Of a DNA stretch of 64,000 bases, positions 1 through 13,005 are shown in pieces. This stretch comes from Eledone cirrhosa. Its lineage: Eukaryota. The notes under the pieces are model-generated. The model did no database searches, was not told the DNA's origin, and worked only from the letters and a program-made list of their open reading frames with translations. The translations under genes were made by a program, and so were the position numbers. The stretch covers positions 63,178,001 to 63,242,000 of the forward strand of contig OZ024743.1 of assembly GCA_964016885.1 (NCBI GenBank). Direction: 5' to 3'. Within the stretch, counting starts at the first letter, position 1; each line of letters opens with the position of its first letter.

Positions 1-1007
1 GATGTTGTGGCACCAACATAACTTTACATTGAAAGGGGCGGTGTGGATGGGGTGGGGGTGGTGGGACGGGGGTGTATTTTGTTATGAGATGCCTACTGAC
101 TGTAGTAGGTTTTACTTTGTATTTAGGTAAGGCGGGTCTTCTCTATTACTGAGTACCGCCAAAGGTCTCGGTCCAGTGACATTGTCTTGGTCAGGTGTAA
201 GTGTGTGAGGTCGGAATTTATCAGCTTGTCCCAGGTTTTTCTGGGTCTGCCTATTCCGTGGCTACCGTCTATCTTTATTGCCCTGCACTTTGTTATACAG
301 CTATCGTCCTTCATGCGCATCACGTGACCATACCAACGTAGCCTTCTCTCGAGTAAACAACATCTGATCCCTCTCATTTCTAATTTTTTCCTTAGTTCGT
401 TAATGCTTTGCCGTTCACGTATATTACTATTACACATCCAGCGGAGCATGCAAGCTTCGTTCCTCTCTAGTCTGCGTATATCCTCTGCACACAATGCCAA
501 GGTCTCACTGCCATGCAACATTGCTGTTCGTATGCAGGCATCATACAGCCGGCCTTTCATTTTTAGGGAGAACCCTTTAGCGGCTAATAGTGGTATAAGC
601 TCTCTGAACTTTTTCCATCCAGTTCTGACTCTAGCTACTGTACTTTCAGAGCACCCTCCCCCACTGCTGATTTTGTCACCCAGGTAACGGAAGCAGTCCA
701 CTATTTCTATAGAACCCTCTGCGCAATTGAAAGAGCTAGTATTTTGTGGGCACTTGCTGCTACTTATTGCACCAGAGCACCGGCCACATGTAAAATCTAT
801 GTTCTTAGTTAGCTTACCTGTGATCCCACTACATCTTTTATGCACCCAAACTTTGCATTTGGGACATAAAATGGAGTTTGTACCTACGACTTTCCTACAC
901 ACTGAGCATAGGCCATTTCACGGAAGGGACCGGCGCCCTATTTTCTTTCCTACAAACTAGAACTTTAGTCTTAGCCAGGTTAATTTTAAGGCCTTTTGAT
1001 TCTAGGC
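1..1007 (-). mobile_element. RTE-clade LINE copy A, 5'-truncated; 3' UTR runs off the window
   Basis: ORF 123..902 encodes the RT C-terminus ([20 protein letters not shown]), nearly identical to copies B-D. Similarity stops at ...TTCTAGGC (1007), next to (TA)n. Confidence 0.93.
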
Positions 1008-1057
1008 ATATATGTATATTACACTATATATATATATATATATATACTACACTATAT

Positions 1058-2318
1058 ATCATCATCATCATCATCATCGTTTAACGTCCATGTTCCACGC
1101 TTGCATGGGTTTGGACGGAGGGTTTTCCCACTTGAGGCAAGAGTGGTTATCTTGCTCGCATAGGACTATCTGGCGGGTTTTCTACAGCTGGATGCCCTTC
1201 CTAACACCAACCACATTTACAGTGTGGGGCTGGGAGGTTTTTACCGTGTTGCCTACACAGCCACATTACAGCATGAACTGTGTGTTTTTTTGACGTGACA
1301 CCTACACGATCTCATTTGTTTCGGCCTGGATGTTGTGGCACCAACATAACTTTACATTGAAAGGGGCGGTGTGGATGGGGTGGGGGTAGTGGGACGGGGG
1401 TGTATTTTGTTATGAGATGCCTACTGACTGTAGTAGGTTTTACTTTGTATTTAGGTAAGGCGGGTCTTCTCTATTACTGAGTACCACCAAAGGTCTCGGT
1501 CCAGTGACATTGTCTTGGTCAGGTGTAAGTGTGTGAGGTCGGAATTTATCAGCTTGTCCCAGGTTTTTCTGGGTCTGCCTATTCCGTGGCTACCGTCTAT
1601 CTTTATTGCCCTGCACTTTGCTATACAGCTGTCGTCTTTCATGCGCATCACGTGACCATACCAACGTAGCCTTCTCTCGAGTAAACAACATCTGATCCCT
1701 CTCATTTCTAATTTTTTCCTTAGTTCGTTAATGCTTTGCCGTTCACGTATATTACTATTACACATCCAGCGGAGCATGCAAGCTTCGTTCCTCTCTAGTC
1801 TGCGTATATCCTCTGCACACAATGCCCAGGTCTCACTGCCATGCAACATTGCTGTTCGTATGCAGGCTTCATACAGCCGGCCTTTCATTTTTAGGGAGAA
1901 CCCTTTAGCGGCTAATAGTGGTATAAGCTCTCTGAACTTTTTCCATCCAGTTCTGACTCTAGCTACTGTACTTTCAGAGCACCCTCCCCCACTGCTGATT
2001 TTGTCACCCAGGTAACGGAAGCAGTCCACTATTTCTATAGAACCCTCTGCGCAATTGAAAGAGCTAGTATTTTGTGGGCACTTGCTGCTACTTATTGCAC
2101 CAGAGCACCGGCCACATGTAAAAATCTATGTTCTTAGTTAGCTTACCTGTGATCCCACTACATCTTTTATGCACCCAAACTTTGCATTTGGGACACAAAA
2201 TGGAGTTTCTACCAACGCCTTTCCTACACTCTGCGCATGGCCACTTCCCGGAGGGGACCGCCGCCTTATTTTCTTTCTTACAAACTAGAACTTTAGTCTT
2301 AGCCAGGTTAATTTTAAG
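1058..2318 (-). mobile_element. RTE-clade LINE copy B, 5'-truncated, with (GAT)n tail
   Basis: (CAT)n tail at 1058-1078, 3' UTR, and ORFs 1451..2029 and 2088..2336 joined by a 1-nt frameshift near 2121. Confidence 0.93.
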
Positions 2319-2417
2319 ATATATATATATATACATTACACTATATATATATACATTACACTATATATATATATATATACATTACACTATATATATATAT
2401 ATATACACATTACACTA
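2319..2417. repeat. CATTACAC-(TA)n compound microsatellite spacer
   Basis: Four CATTACAC units separated by TA runs, between copies B and C. Confidence 0.9.
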
Positions 2418-5400
2418 TTGGAGGTGAGAGAGAGAAAAATCTGGACGCTCAGCGACAATGCCAAAGATAAAGACAAATTCACCTCTTGGACGAGAATGCG
2501 AGCACTCCTCATTGTTTCGACCGCGGACGGCTAACATAACCCCATCGCCCCCCGCCCCCAACCCGCAAACGCAATCCAAAACTTCAGAGTTGGTACCATA
2601 AATGTAGGCACCCTAAAGGGTCGCGCTAACGAGGTTGTAGAAATGCTTGAACGTAAGGAGGTCGATGTTTGTTGTATTCAAGAGACCAGGTGGAGGGGTG
2701 GGTCTGCTAGGTTCATTGAGGGTAAAAAACGATGTTATAAGCTTTTCTGGGTGGGAAACGACGATGGGCTGGGTGGAGTAGGAATCATGGTAGCAGAAAA
2801 GTAGGCAGATAAGATAATAGACGTAAATAGAGTGAACGACAGAATAATTAAAATACGACTTGTCCTCAATAGAACTACGGTGACAGTAATATCTGCGTAC
2901 GCACCCCAATCTGGACTGCCCGGCACTATAAAAGACAGATTCTATGAGACACTGATGCTAACTACCTCCCAAATATCCGACAGTGACTATATAATTATCG
3001 CAGGCGACCTAAATGGTCACGTTGGACAACATTGTGACGGCTACGACGAAATCCATGGAGGCTATGGGTTCGGTACTAGAAATGAGGAAGGCTCCAGAAT
3101 CCTGGAATTCTGTGATGCAAATAACCTAACTATCTGTAACACTAACTTCAAAAAACGTGACAATCACCTGATCACCTATAGATCCGGGGAACACACAAGC
3201 CAGGTAGATTATATCCTTACCAGAAGACGTGACAGAGTGTCTGTTGTAAACACTAAATCCCTCCCCCATGAAGAATGCACCTCCCAACATAGACTGATAA
3301 TTAGCGACCTCATAGTCAGGACGAGACGTACTCGACAGCAGAAGAGGACTATCCTCAGGAGAAAAATATGGAAGCTAAAGGACCCCACAGCCAGGAATAA
3401 ATTTCAAAGCATATTACTTGATGCTTTCGACAGTAAGGAAGAACATTTAGAGTCGGACAATATAGAGGGAGAGTGGGAATTTCTGAAAGCAAACCTGCTG
3501 TTGGCGACAGACGAAGTCTGTGGCTGGAGCAGGCCTGTAGGCAGGAGGAGAGTAACATGGTGGTGGAACAGTAAGGTGGAGGGGTCAATTAAGGCCAAAA
3601 AGCAGGCTTGGAAAGTATGGCGGGATGGGGGAAGTAGAGAGGACTATCAAGTGGCCAGGAGGGAAGCTAGGAGACAAGTGTACTTAGCAAGAAGGGAAGC
3701 TGAGGAAAGAAAGTTCAAGCATGTTCTACAACGCGATGACCAAAAACGTGAGGTGTTCAGGATTGCTAGGCAATGCGTCAAGGAAAACCGTGATATTGTC
3801 GGGGAGAAGTGTGTACTAAACGACGATGGCACACTTGCCATCACCGACGCTGATAAGAAGGTAGCTTGGAAGTGTCACTATGAAAGGCTACTAAATGAGG
3901 AGAATAAATGGGAGAAAGACAGTCTCCCCCATATCGACCCAATAGAGGGACCAGCAGTGTTAGTCGAGGGGAGTATAATAAGTAAGGCAATCAAGGATAT
4001 GAAGACGGGTAAGGCGGCTGGGCCTTCGGAAATAGTTGCTGAGATGCTGAAGGCATCTGGCACGGTGGGACACACCATGGTCACCCGCATAGTTAACCAA
4101 GTCGTACAGAATGGGGTTGTTCCGAAGGACTGGCATAGCAGCATCATCGTTAACTGTTATAAGGGTAAAGGAGACGCCCTAGATAGGAGTAACTATAGAG
4201 GCATTAAATTAATCGACCAGGTCATGAAGGTCACGGAAAAAGTAATAGCGCAACTAATCAGAGAGAGAATTGACCTAGATGAAATGCAGTTCGGGTTTGT
4301 GTCAGGCAAAAGTACCACAGACGCTCTTTTCATAGTACGACAACTACAGGAGAAGTACCTAGCTAAAGGTAAACCCCTCTACTTAGCTTTTGTCGACTTG
4401 GAGAAAGCCTTCGACAGAGTCCCCCGCTCCATTATCTGGTGGGCTCTTAGAAAACTAGGCGTTGACTAATGGCTTGTGAGGGCTATACAAGCCATGTATA
4501 AAGAAACAGTCAGCAAGGTTAGAATTAACAACGAATATAGTGAAGAGTTTAGCGTAAAAGTTGGCGTCCATCAGGGCTCTGTTCTCAGCCCACTACTATT
4601 TATTATTGCCCTTCAGGCTATAACAGAGGAGTTCAAGACAGGCTGCCCATGGGAACTCCTATACGCAGACGACCTGACACTCATAGCGGAATCAATGGCC
4701 GAGCTAGAGAAGAAATTCCAAACATGGAAGCACGGCTTAGAGTCAAAAGGACTTAAAATTAACCTGGCTAAGACCAAAGTACTAGTTTGTAGGAAAGAAA
4801 ACAAGGCGGCGGTCCCTTCTGGGAAATGGTCGTGCTCGGTGTGTAGGAAAGGCGTAGGTAGAAACTCCATTTTATGTCCTAAATGCAAAGTATGGGTGCA
4901 TAAAAGATGTAGTGGGATCACAGGTAAGCTAACTAAGAACATAGATTTTACATGTGGCCGGTGCTCTGGTGCAATAAGTAGCAGCAAGTGCCCACAAAAT
5001 ACTAGCTCTTTCAATTGCGCAGAGGGTTCTATAGAAATAGTGGACAGCTTCCGTTACCTGGGCGATAAAATCAGCAGTGGGGGAGGGTGCTCTGAAAGTA
5101 CTGTAGCTAGAGTCAGAACTGGTTGGAAAAAGTTCAGAGAGCTTATACCACTATTAGCTGCTAAAGGGTTCTCACTAAAAATGAAAGGCAGGTTGTACGA
5201 TGCCTGCATACGAACAGCAATGCTGCATGGCAGTGAGACCTGGGCATTGTGTGCAGAGGATATACGCAGACTAGAGAGGAACGAAGCTTGCATGCTCCGC
5301 TGGATGTGTAACAGTAATATACGTGAACGGCAAAGCATAAACGAACTAAGGAAAAAATTAGAGATAAGAGGGATCAGATGTTGTTTACTCGAGAGAAGGC

Positions 5401-6017
5401 TACGTTGGTATGGACACGTGATGCGCATGAAAGTCGATAGCTGTATAACAAAGTGCAGGGCAATAAAGATAGACGGTAGTCACGGAATAGGCAGACCTAG
5501 AAAAACCTGGGACGAGCTGATAAACTCCGACATCACACACTTACACCTCTCCAAGACAATGTCACTGGACCGAGACCTTTGGCGGTACTCAGTAACAGAG
5601 AAGACCCGCCTTACCTAAATATATAGTAAAACCTACTCCAGCCAGTAGGCATCTCTAACAAAATACACCCCGTCCCACCACCACCACCCCCACCCCATCC
5701 ACACCACCCCGTTCTATGTAAAGTTATGTTGGTGCCGCGCCATCGAGGCCGAAACAAATGAGATCGTGTAGGTGTCACGACAAAAAAACACACAGTCCAC
5801 GCTGTAATGTGGCCGTGTAGGCAACACGGTAAAAACCTCCCAGACCCACACTGTAAATGTGGTTGGTGTTAGGAAGGGCATCCAACTGTAGAAAACCTGC
5901 CAGACAGTCCTATGCGAGCAAGACAATCACTCTTGCCTCAAGTGGGACTACCCCCGTCCAAACCCATGCAAGCGTGGAACACGGACGTTAAACGTTGATG
6001 ATGATGATGATGATGAT
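2418..6017 (+). mobile_element. RTE-clade LINE copy C, near full length, inactivated
   Basis: APE endonuclease motifs (VGTINV, IQETRW, SAYAPQ, GDLNGHVG, QVDYIL, SQH) and RT motifs ([26 protein letters not shown]); ends in a (GAT)n tail. Confidence 0.96.
2586..5618 (+). pseudogene. APE-RT polyprotein of copy C with two in-frame nonsense codons
   Basis: One frame from 2586 is interrupted by TAG at 2802 (Trp in the intact 36203..39322 paralog) and TAA at 4467 (GAA in copy D). No in-frame ATG lies upstream without an indel. Confidence 0.9.
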
Positions 6018-6318
6018 ATATACATTACACTATATACATATATATATATACATTACACTATATATATATATACATTACACTATATATATATATATATATA
6101 TACATTACACTATATATATATATATATATACATTACACTATATATATATATATATATACATTACACTATATATATATATATATATACATTACACTATATA
6201 TATATATATATATACATTACACTATATATATATATATATATACATTACACTATATATATATATACATTACACTATATATATATATATATATATATACATT
6301 ACACTATATATATATATA
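6018..6318. repeat. CATTACAC-(TA)n compound microsatellite
   Basis: About a dozen CATTACAC units with variable TA spacers. Confidence 0.92.
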
Positions 6319-8056
6319 TTAGCTTTCGTCGACTTGGAGAAAGCCTTCGACAGAGTCCCCCGTTCCATTATCTGGTGGTCTCTTAGAAAACTAGGTGTTG
6401 ACGAATGGCTTGTGAGAGCTATACAAGCCATGTATAAAGAAACAGTCAGTAAGGTTAGAATTAACAACGAATATAGTGAAGAGTTTAGCGTAAAAGTTGG
6501 TGTCCATCAGGGCTCTGTTCTTAGCCCCCTACTATTTATTATTGCCCTTCAGGCTATAACAGAGGAGTTCAAGACCGGCTGCCCATGGGAACTCCTATAC
6601 ACAGATGATCTGACGCTCATAGCTGAATCAATGACCGAACTAGAGAAGAAATTCCAAACATGGAAGCACGGCCTAGAATCAAAAGGCCTTAAAATTAACC
6701 TGGCTAAGACTAAAGTTCTAGTTTGTAGGAAAGAAAATAAGGCAGCGGTTCCATCTGGGAAATGGCCATGCTCAGTGTGTAGGAAAGGCGTAGGTAGAAA
6801 CTCCATTTTATGTCCCAAATGCAAAGTATGGGTGCATAAAAGATGTAGTGGGATCACAGGTAAGCTAACTAAGAACATAGATTTTACATGTGGCCGGTGC
6901 TCTGGTGCAATAAGTAGCAGCAAGTGCCCACAAAATACTAGCTCCTTCAACTGCGCAGAGGGTTCTATAGAAATAGTGGACAGCTTCCGTTATCTGGGTG
7001 ACAAAATCAGCAGTGGGGGAGGGTGCTCTGAAAGTACAGTAGCTAGAGTCAGAACTGGATGGAAAAAGTTCAGAGAGCTTATACCACTATTAGCCGCTAG
7101 AGGGTTCTCCCTAAAAATGAAAGGCAGGTTATACGATGCCTGCATACGAACAGCAATGCTGCATGGCAGTGAGACCTGGGCATTGTGTGCAGAGGATATA
7201 CGCAGACTAGAGAGGAACGAAGCTTGCATGCTCCGCTGGATGTGTAACAGTAATATACGTGAACGGCAAAGCATAAACGAACTAAGGAAAAAATTAGAAA
7301 TAAGAGGGATCAGATGTTGTTTACTCGAGAGAAGGCTACGTTGGTACGGTCACGTGATGCGCATGAAAGACGACAGCTGTATAACAAAATGCAGGGCAAT
7401 AAAGATAGACGGTAGCCACGGAGTAGGCAGACCCAGAAAAACATGGGACGAGCTGATAAATTCCGACCTCACACGCTTACACCTCTCCAAGACAATGTCA
7501 CTGGACCGAAACCTTTGGCGGTACTCAGTAATAGAGAAGACCCGCCTTACCTAAATACAAAGTAAAAACCTACTACAGTCAGTAGGCATCTCTATCAAAA
7601 CACACCCCGTCCCACCACCTCCACCCCACCCACACCGCCCCTTTCAATGTAAAGTTATGTTGGTCCCACAACATCCAGGCCGAAACAAATGAGATCGTGT
7701 AGGTGTCACAACAAAAAACACACAGTCCATGCTGTAAATGTGGCCGTGTAGGCAACACGGTAAAAACCTCCCAGCCCCACACTGTAAATGTGGTTGGTGT
7801 TAGGAAGGGCATCCAGCTGTAGAAAACCCGCCAGACAGTCCACGCTGTAATGTGGCCGTGTAGGCAACACGGTAAAAACCTCCCAGCCCCACACTGTAAA
7901 TGTGGTTGGTGTTAGGAAGGGCATCCAACTGTAGAAAACCCGCCAGGCAGTCCTATGCGAGCAAGACAACCACTCTTGCCTCAAGTGGGAAAACCCCCGT
8001 CCAAACCCATGCAAGCGTGGAACAAGGATGCTAAACCTGATGATGATGATGATGAT
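6319..8056 (+). mobile_element. RTE-clade LINE copy D, 5'-truncated inside RT, YADD changed to YTDD
   Basis: Starts at [11 protein letters not shown] and is open to the stop at 7554. The 3' UTR has a 113-bp internal duplication and a (GAT)n tail. Confidence 0.95.
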
Positions 8057-8218
8057 ATATATACATTACACTATATATATATATATATATATATATACAT
8101 TACACTATATATATTACACTATATATATATATATATATATTACACTATATATATATATATATTACACTATATATATATATATATTACACTATATATATAT
8201 ATATATATATATATATTA

Positions 8219-8256
<38 letters not shown>

Positions 8257-8716
8257 CACTATATATATATATATATATATATATTACACTATATATATAT
8301 ATATATATATATATTACACTATATATATATATATATATATTACACTATATATATATATATATATATTACACTATATATATATATATATTACACTATATAT
8401 ATATATATATATTACACTATATATATATATATATATTACACTATATATATATATATATATATTACACTATATATATATATATATATTACACTATATATAT
8501 ATATATATTACACTATATATATATATATATATTACACTATATATATATATATATATTACACTATATATATATATATATATTACACTATATATATATATAT
8601 ATTACACTATATATATATATATATTACACTATATATATATATATATCACACTATATATATATATATATTACACTATATATATATATATATCACACTATAT
8701 ATATATATATATATTA

Positions 8717-8756
<40 letters not shown>

Positions 8757-8834
8757 CACTATATATATATATATATTACACTATATATATATATATATTA
8801 CACTATATATATATTACGCTATATATATATTACG

Positions 8835-8897
<63 letters not shown>

Positions 8898-9014
8898 TAC
8901 ATTACACTATATATATATATATATTACACTATATATATATATATGTACATTACACTATATATATATATATTACACTATATATATATACATTACACTATAT
9001 ATATATATATATTA

Positions 9015-9048
<34 letters not shown>

Positions 9049-9187
9049 CACTATATATATATACATTACACTATATATATATATATATATTACACTATAT
9101 ATATATATATGTACATTACACTATATATATATATATTACACTATATATATATACATTACACTATATATATATATATAGTGTAATATA
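8057..9187. repeat. 1.1-kb (C/T)ATTACAC-(TA)n compound microsatellite ending in one inverted unit
   Basis: Dozens of TTACAC units in TA runs. TAGTGTAATATA at ~9176-9187 is the reverse complement of the unit. Confidence 0.95.
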
Positions 9188-9189
9188 AG

Positions 9190-9390
9190 GAGTAAGAGGG
9201 ATCAGATGTTGTTTACTCGAGAGAAGACTACGTTGGTATGGTCACGTGATGTGCATGAAAGACGACAGCTGTATAAAAAAGTGCAGGGCGATCATAATAG
9301 ACGGTAGCTACGGAGTAGGCAGACCCAGAAAAACCTGGGACGATTTGATAAATTCCAACCTCACACACTTACACCTCTCCAAGACAATGA
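9190..9390 (+). mobile_element. RTE LINE internal fragment E
   Basis: Matches copies C/D from [11 protein letters not shown] to LHLSKTM; lacks both ends. Confidence 0.9.
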
Positions 9391-11844
9391 CACATTACTC
9401 TACACACACCTATCTAACCCCACACAGGCACACATTAGGTACTCTACACATACCTATCTAACCCCACACAGGCACACATTAGGTACTCTACACACACCTA
9501 TCTAACCCCACACAGGCACACATTAGGTACTCTACACACACCTATCTAACCCCACACAGGCACACATTAGGTACTTTACACACACCTATCTAACCCCACA
9601 CAGGCACACATTAGGTACTCTACACACACCTATCTAACCCCACACAGGCACACATTAGGTACTCTACACACACCTATCTAACCCCACACAGGCACACATT
9701 AGGTACTCTACACACACCTATCTAACCCCACACAGGCACACATTAGGTACTCTACACACACCTATCTAACCCCACACAGGCACACATTAGGTACTTTACA
9801 CACACCTATCTAACCCCACACAGGCACACATTAGGTACTTTACACACACCTATCTAACCCCACACAGGCACACATTAGGTACTCTACACACACCTATCTA
9901 ACCCCACACAGGCACACATTAGGTACTCTACACATACCTATCTAACCCCACACAGGCACACATTAGGTACTTTACACACACCTATCTAACCCCACACAGG
10001 CACACATTAGGTACTTTACACACACCTATCTAACCCCACACAGGCACACATTAGGTACTTTACACACACCTATCTAACCCCACACAGGCACACATTAGGT
10101 ACTTTACACACACCTATCTAACCCCACATAGGCACACATTAGGTACTTTACACACACCTATCTAACCCCACACAGGCACACATTAGGTACTCTACACACA
10201 CCTATCTAACCCCACACAGGCACACATTAGGTACTCTACACATACCTATCTAACCCCACACAGGCACACATTAGGTACTTTACACACACCTATCTAACCC
10301 CACACAGGCACACATTAGGTACTTTACACACACCTATCTAACCCCACACAGGCACACATTAGGTACTTTACACACACCTATATAACCCCACACAGGCACA
10401 CATTAGGTACTTTACACACACCTATCTAACCCCACACAGGCACACATTAGGTACTCTACACATACCTATCTAACCCCACACAGGCACACATTAGGTACTC
10501 TACACATACCTATCTAACCCCACACAGGCACACATTAGGTACTCTACACACACCTATCTAACTCCACACAGGCACACATTAGGTACTCTACACACACCTA
10601 TCTAACCCCACACAGGCACACATTAGGTACTCTACACATACCTATCTAACCCCACACAGGCACACATTAGGTACTCTACACATACCTATCTAACCCCACA
10701 CAGGCACACATTAGGTACTCTACACACACCTATCTAACCCCACACAGGCACACATTAGGTACTCTACACACACCTATCTAACTCCACACAGGCACACATT
10801 AGGTACTCTACACACACCTATCTAACCCCACACAGGCACACATTAGGTACTCTACACATACCTATCTAACCCCACACAGGCACACATTAGGTACTCTACA
10901 CATACCTATCTAACCCCACACAGGCACACATTAGGTACTCTACACACACCTATCTAACCCCACACAGGCACACATTAGGTACTCTACACACACCTATCTA
11001 ACCCCACACAGGCACACATTAGGTACTCTACACATACCTATCTAACCCCACACAGGCACACATTAGGTACTTTACACACACCTATCTAACCCCACACAGG
11101 CACACATTAGGTACTCTACACACACCTATCTAACCCCACACAGGCACACATTAGGTACTCTACACATACCTATCTAACCCCACACAGGCACACATTAGGT
11201 ACTCTACACACACCTATCTAACCCCACACAGGCACACATTAGGTACTCTACACACACCTATCTAACCCCACACAGGCACACATTAGGTACTCTACACACA
11301 CCTATCTAACCCCACACAGGCACACATTAGGTACTCTACACACACCTATCTAACCCCACACAGGCACACATTAGGTACTCTACACACCTATCTAACCCCA
11401 CACAGGCACACATTAGGTACTCTACACATACCTATCTAACCCCACACAGGCACACATTAGGTACTTTACACACACCTATCTAACTCCACACAGGCACACA
11501 TTAGGTACTCTACACACACCTATCTAACCCCACACAGGCACACATTAGGTACTTTACACACACCTATCTAACCCCACACAGGCACACATTAGGTACTTTA
11601 CACACACCTATCTAACTCCACACAGGCACACATTAGGTACTTTACACACACCTATCTAACTCCACACAGGCACACATTAGGTACTTTACACACACCTATC
11701 TAACTCCACACAGGCACACATTAGGTCCTCTACACACACCTATCTAACCCCACACAGGCACACATTAGGTACTCTACACACACCTATCTAACCCCACACA
11801 GGCACACATTAGGTACTCTACACACACCTATCTAACCCCACACT
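9391..11844. repeat. 44-bp minisatellite, ~55 copies
   Basis: Unit CACACAGGCACACATTAGGTACTCTACACACACCTATCTAACCC (starts at 9421 and 9465); only a few recurring point variants. Confidence 0.97.
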
Positions 11845-12157
11845 TTCCTGTGAATGTATTTACTGCAAGACCAAAATTTACAAAAGAGAAAACTGAAAGG
11901 AAGTAATATGAAATAAAGAGTGAATATTGTTGGCCTTTACATACTCTCTACCCTTAATTAATGACTAATGAAAACATTAACAATAGAACATTAATATTGC
12001 AAGCATTTCCTGACAGATACAAAAGGTCTGTACACATTTAATAGCTCCCACTAACTGGCTGCTATGCCAACTGTCATGTGACAAGCAGTATTCAACATTA
12101 CAGCCACTATCATGGAAACTACTCACTACCACATAATAATAAAAATAATAATAATAA

Positions 12158-12221
12158 TTGTTTCTACTTTAGGCACAAGGCCAGCAATTACCCAGTGTAT
12201 TACCCTCTACCGATACTGCCA
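12158..12221 (-). mobile_element. Internally deleted copy of the (ATT)n-tailed SINE
   Basis: Tail TTGTTTCTACTTTAGGCACAAGGCCAGCAAT is joined directly to head CCCTCTACCGATACTG, both seen in the longer copy at 63711-63881; flanked by (AAT)n. Confidence 0.7.
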
Positions 12222-12859
12222 ATAATAATAATAGGCACAGGCAGGGTTAGCGCTTCCATTAAAGCTAACTAGGTTGTCCTGTAGGGTGCAAACCTCAGAG
12301 AGGCACATTATTGAACCTTAAAGGATCAGAGTTTTATACAAATTTGTATAATTAAAATAAATATATGATAACTGAACTAGAAGGTCTCACTGTAACTTTG
12401 ACTAAATAAGATAGTCTATAAGATGATGCTCATCTTTCTCCGTTGAGTGGGTCAATATGCCCTGTTATTATTAGACTATTTTATTCAAAGTTACAGCAAG
12501 ATTTTCTAATTCAATTTTCAAATTCTGCTTGCCGATTTTTAAACATACGTGCTTTAAATATATGATAATTTCCTATAATTAAGAAATTGCTAAACATCTT
12601 TTCTACATAGCAGCATTAAGAAGATCTCCAAAGCAGTAGAAAGAGTTGTATGGTGTTATGATCAGTCTTGGTATGGGTAAGTGCGGAGTGTATAGTAGAA
12701 AATGCAGATCTAGTAATTGTGGTCAAAGCAAAAAGAGTTTCAAGTTAGGTTTGTCAGCTAGCCAAACATTAAGCTGAAATTATTTTATTTGAAAGAACTG
12801 GACCCACATTGTAAGTCTAGCCAAGGGCACTAAGTAACCAGTTGTTAGCACTGGATGTA

Positions 12860-13005
12860 CACATAGCTGAGTGGTTCACAGTCATGTGGTTCTGCATCCA
12901 ATTCCACTACATGGTACCTTAGACAAGTGTTGATCGATAAGCCTGAGGTTGACCAATATCTTGTGAGTGATATTTTGTAGGCAGAAACTGCAGATTCTCA
13001 TTGTG
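12860..13005 (+). mobile_element. Decayed tRNA-derived SINE
   Basis: A-box-like AGCTGAGTGG, then CCTTAGACAAGTG...GACCAA...TTGTGAGTG...GAAACTG, shared with 17570-17630 and (inverted) 30130-30230. Confidence 0.55.

Noticed and set aside
5995-7554. 519-aa fusion protein
   Set aside because: The N-terminus is translated (GAT)n tail and TA microsatellite that is in frame with truncated copy D by chance; the RT is incomplete.
7955-9188. 400-aa Tyr/Ile-rich ORFs
   Set aside because: Stop-free translation of the microsatellite.
9391-11844. CRISPR array or telomere
   Set aside because: Head-to-tail monomers with no unique spacers, no cas genes, and no tandem (TTAGGG)n.
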